NCBI GenBank assembly: GCA_041192505.1
Contig: JBEEMV010000044.1
Span: 1-36,785, forward strand
Reading direction: 5' to 3'
Length of the DNA stretch: 36,785 nt
DNA from: Bacteroidota bacterium
Lineage (GTDB): Bacteria > Bacteroidota > Bacteroidia > Chitinophagales > CAIODY01
The translations under genes were made by a program, and so were the position numbers. The notes under the pieces were generated by a model. The model saw nothing but the letters and a program-made list of their open reading frames with translations, had not been told where the DNA came from and searched no databases. This document shows positions 36,525 through 36,785 of this stretch, in pieces; positions within the stretch are counted from its first letter, which is position 1; every line of letters starts with the position of its first letter.

Positions 36525-36785
36525 TTTTAATTATTTAAATAACATAAACGTAAAAGCAAATGAAATGGTTTTGTGATGATTGAAAATATTAATGTCTTTG
36601 CCTGCCATCAAAACATAAATTCAGAAAATCAAAGTATGATTTTGTGCGGTGGCATTGCGTTAGGGAAATCATAGCTAACGAAATGTTTCAAGTTTAAATT
36701 TAACACAAAGTGAATTAGAACTATTGATTTCGCTGCAAAAAAATCAGACTGTAGTATTTTCAAATTTATGTTTTGGAGGCTTGAT

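Noticed and set aside
1-36785. tRNA, rRNA, tmRNA, RNase P and CRISPR arrays
   Set aside because: I recognised no cloverleaf-compatible segments, rRNA-like conserved blocks or regularly spaced direct repeats. A covariance-model scan would be needed to exclude small RNAs formally.

Overview
Low-GC Bacteroidota chromosomal segment. The assignment rests on T9SS genes, TAnnTTTG-type -7 promoter boxes and no obvious Shine-Dalgarno use. All calls come from reading motifs in the supplied translations and hand-aligning DNA; no database search was possible.

Most of the window is housekeeping. In order:
- a 3-prime-truncated TauE/SafE permease
- an S41 C-terminal processing peptidase
- ybeY
- an enoyl-CoA hydratase
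- a hotdog-fold protein
- TerC
- ispF
- a TylF-like methyltransferase
- a 1,972-aa Cys-rich multi-PKD surface protein with a type-B T9SS C-terminal domain
- a NUDIX hydrolase
- pyrE
- a RelE/ParE-type toxin-antitoxin pair
- an alpha/beta hydrolase
- fcl
- holB
- a sirtuin
- the 2,432-aa T9SS translocon SprA
- ruvA
- a small lipoprotein
- yceD-rpmF-plsX
- the class II ribonucleotide reductase nrdJ
- an exported MsrA

The unusual part is about 29.58-31.94 kb, between plsX and nrdJ. Two ~90-bp inverted repeats (85/90 identical) bracket a lower-GC 2.1-kb cassette. It holds a ~165-bp MITE-like element, a putative immunity gene and an orphan Rhs toxin-tip fragment that lacks its Rhs shell. A short GC-rich patch also lies inside the brackets, and a solo MITE terminal repeat lies just outside the right arm. 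No recombinase or transposase is present.

A second full copy of the MITE sits at 6.86-7.02 kb, next to a decayed type-A T9SS C-terminal-domain remnant. Both MITE copies carry a conserved perfect TATATTTG box facing outward.

I found no tRNA, rRNA or CRISPR array, and no recognisable multi-gene defence system beyond the TA pair. The cassette is the best candidate for something undescribed, but its function is inferred, not shown.
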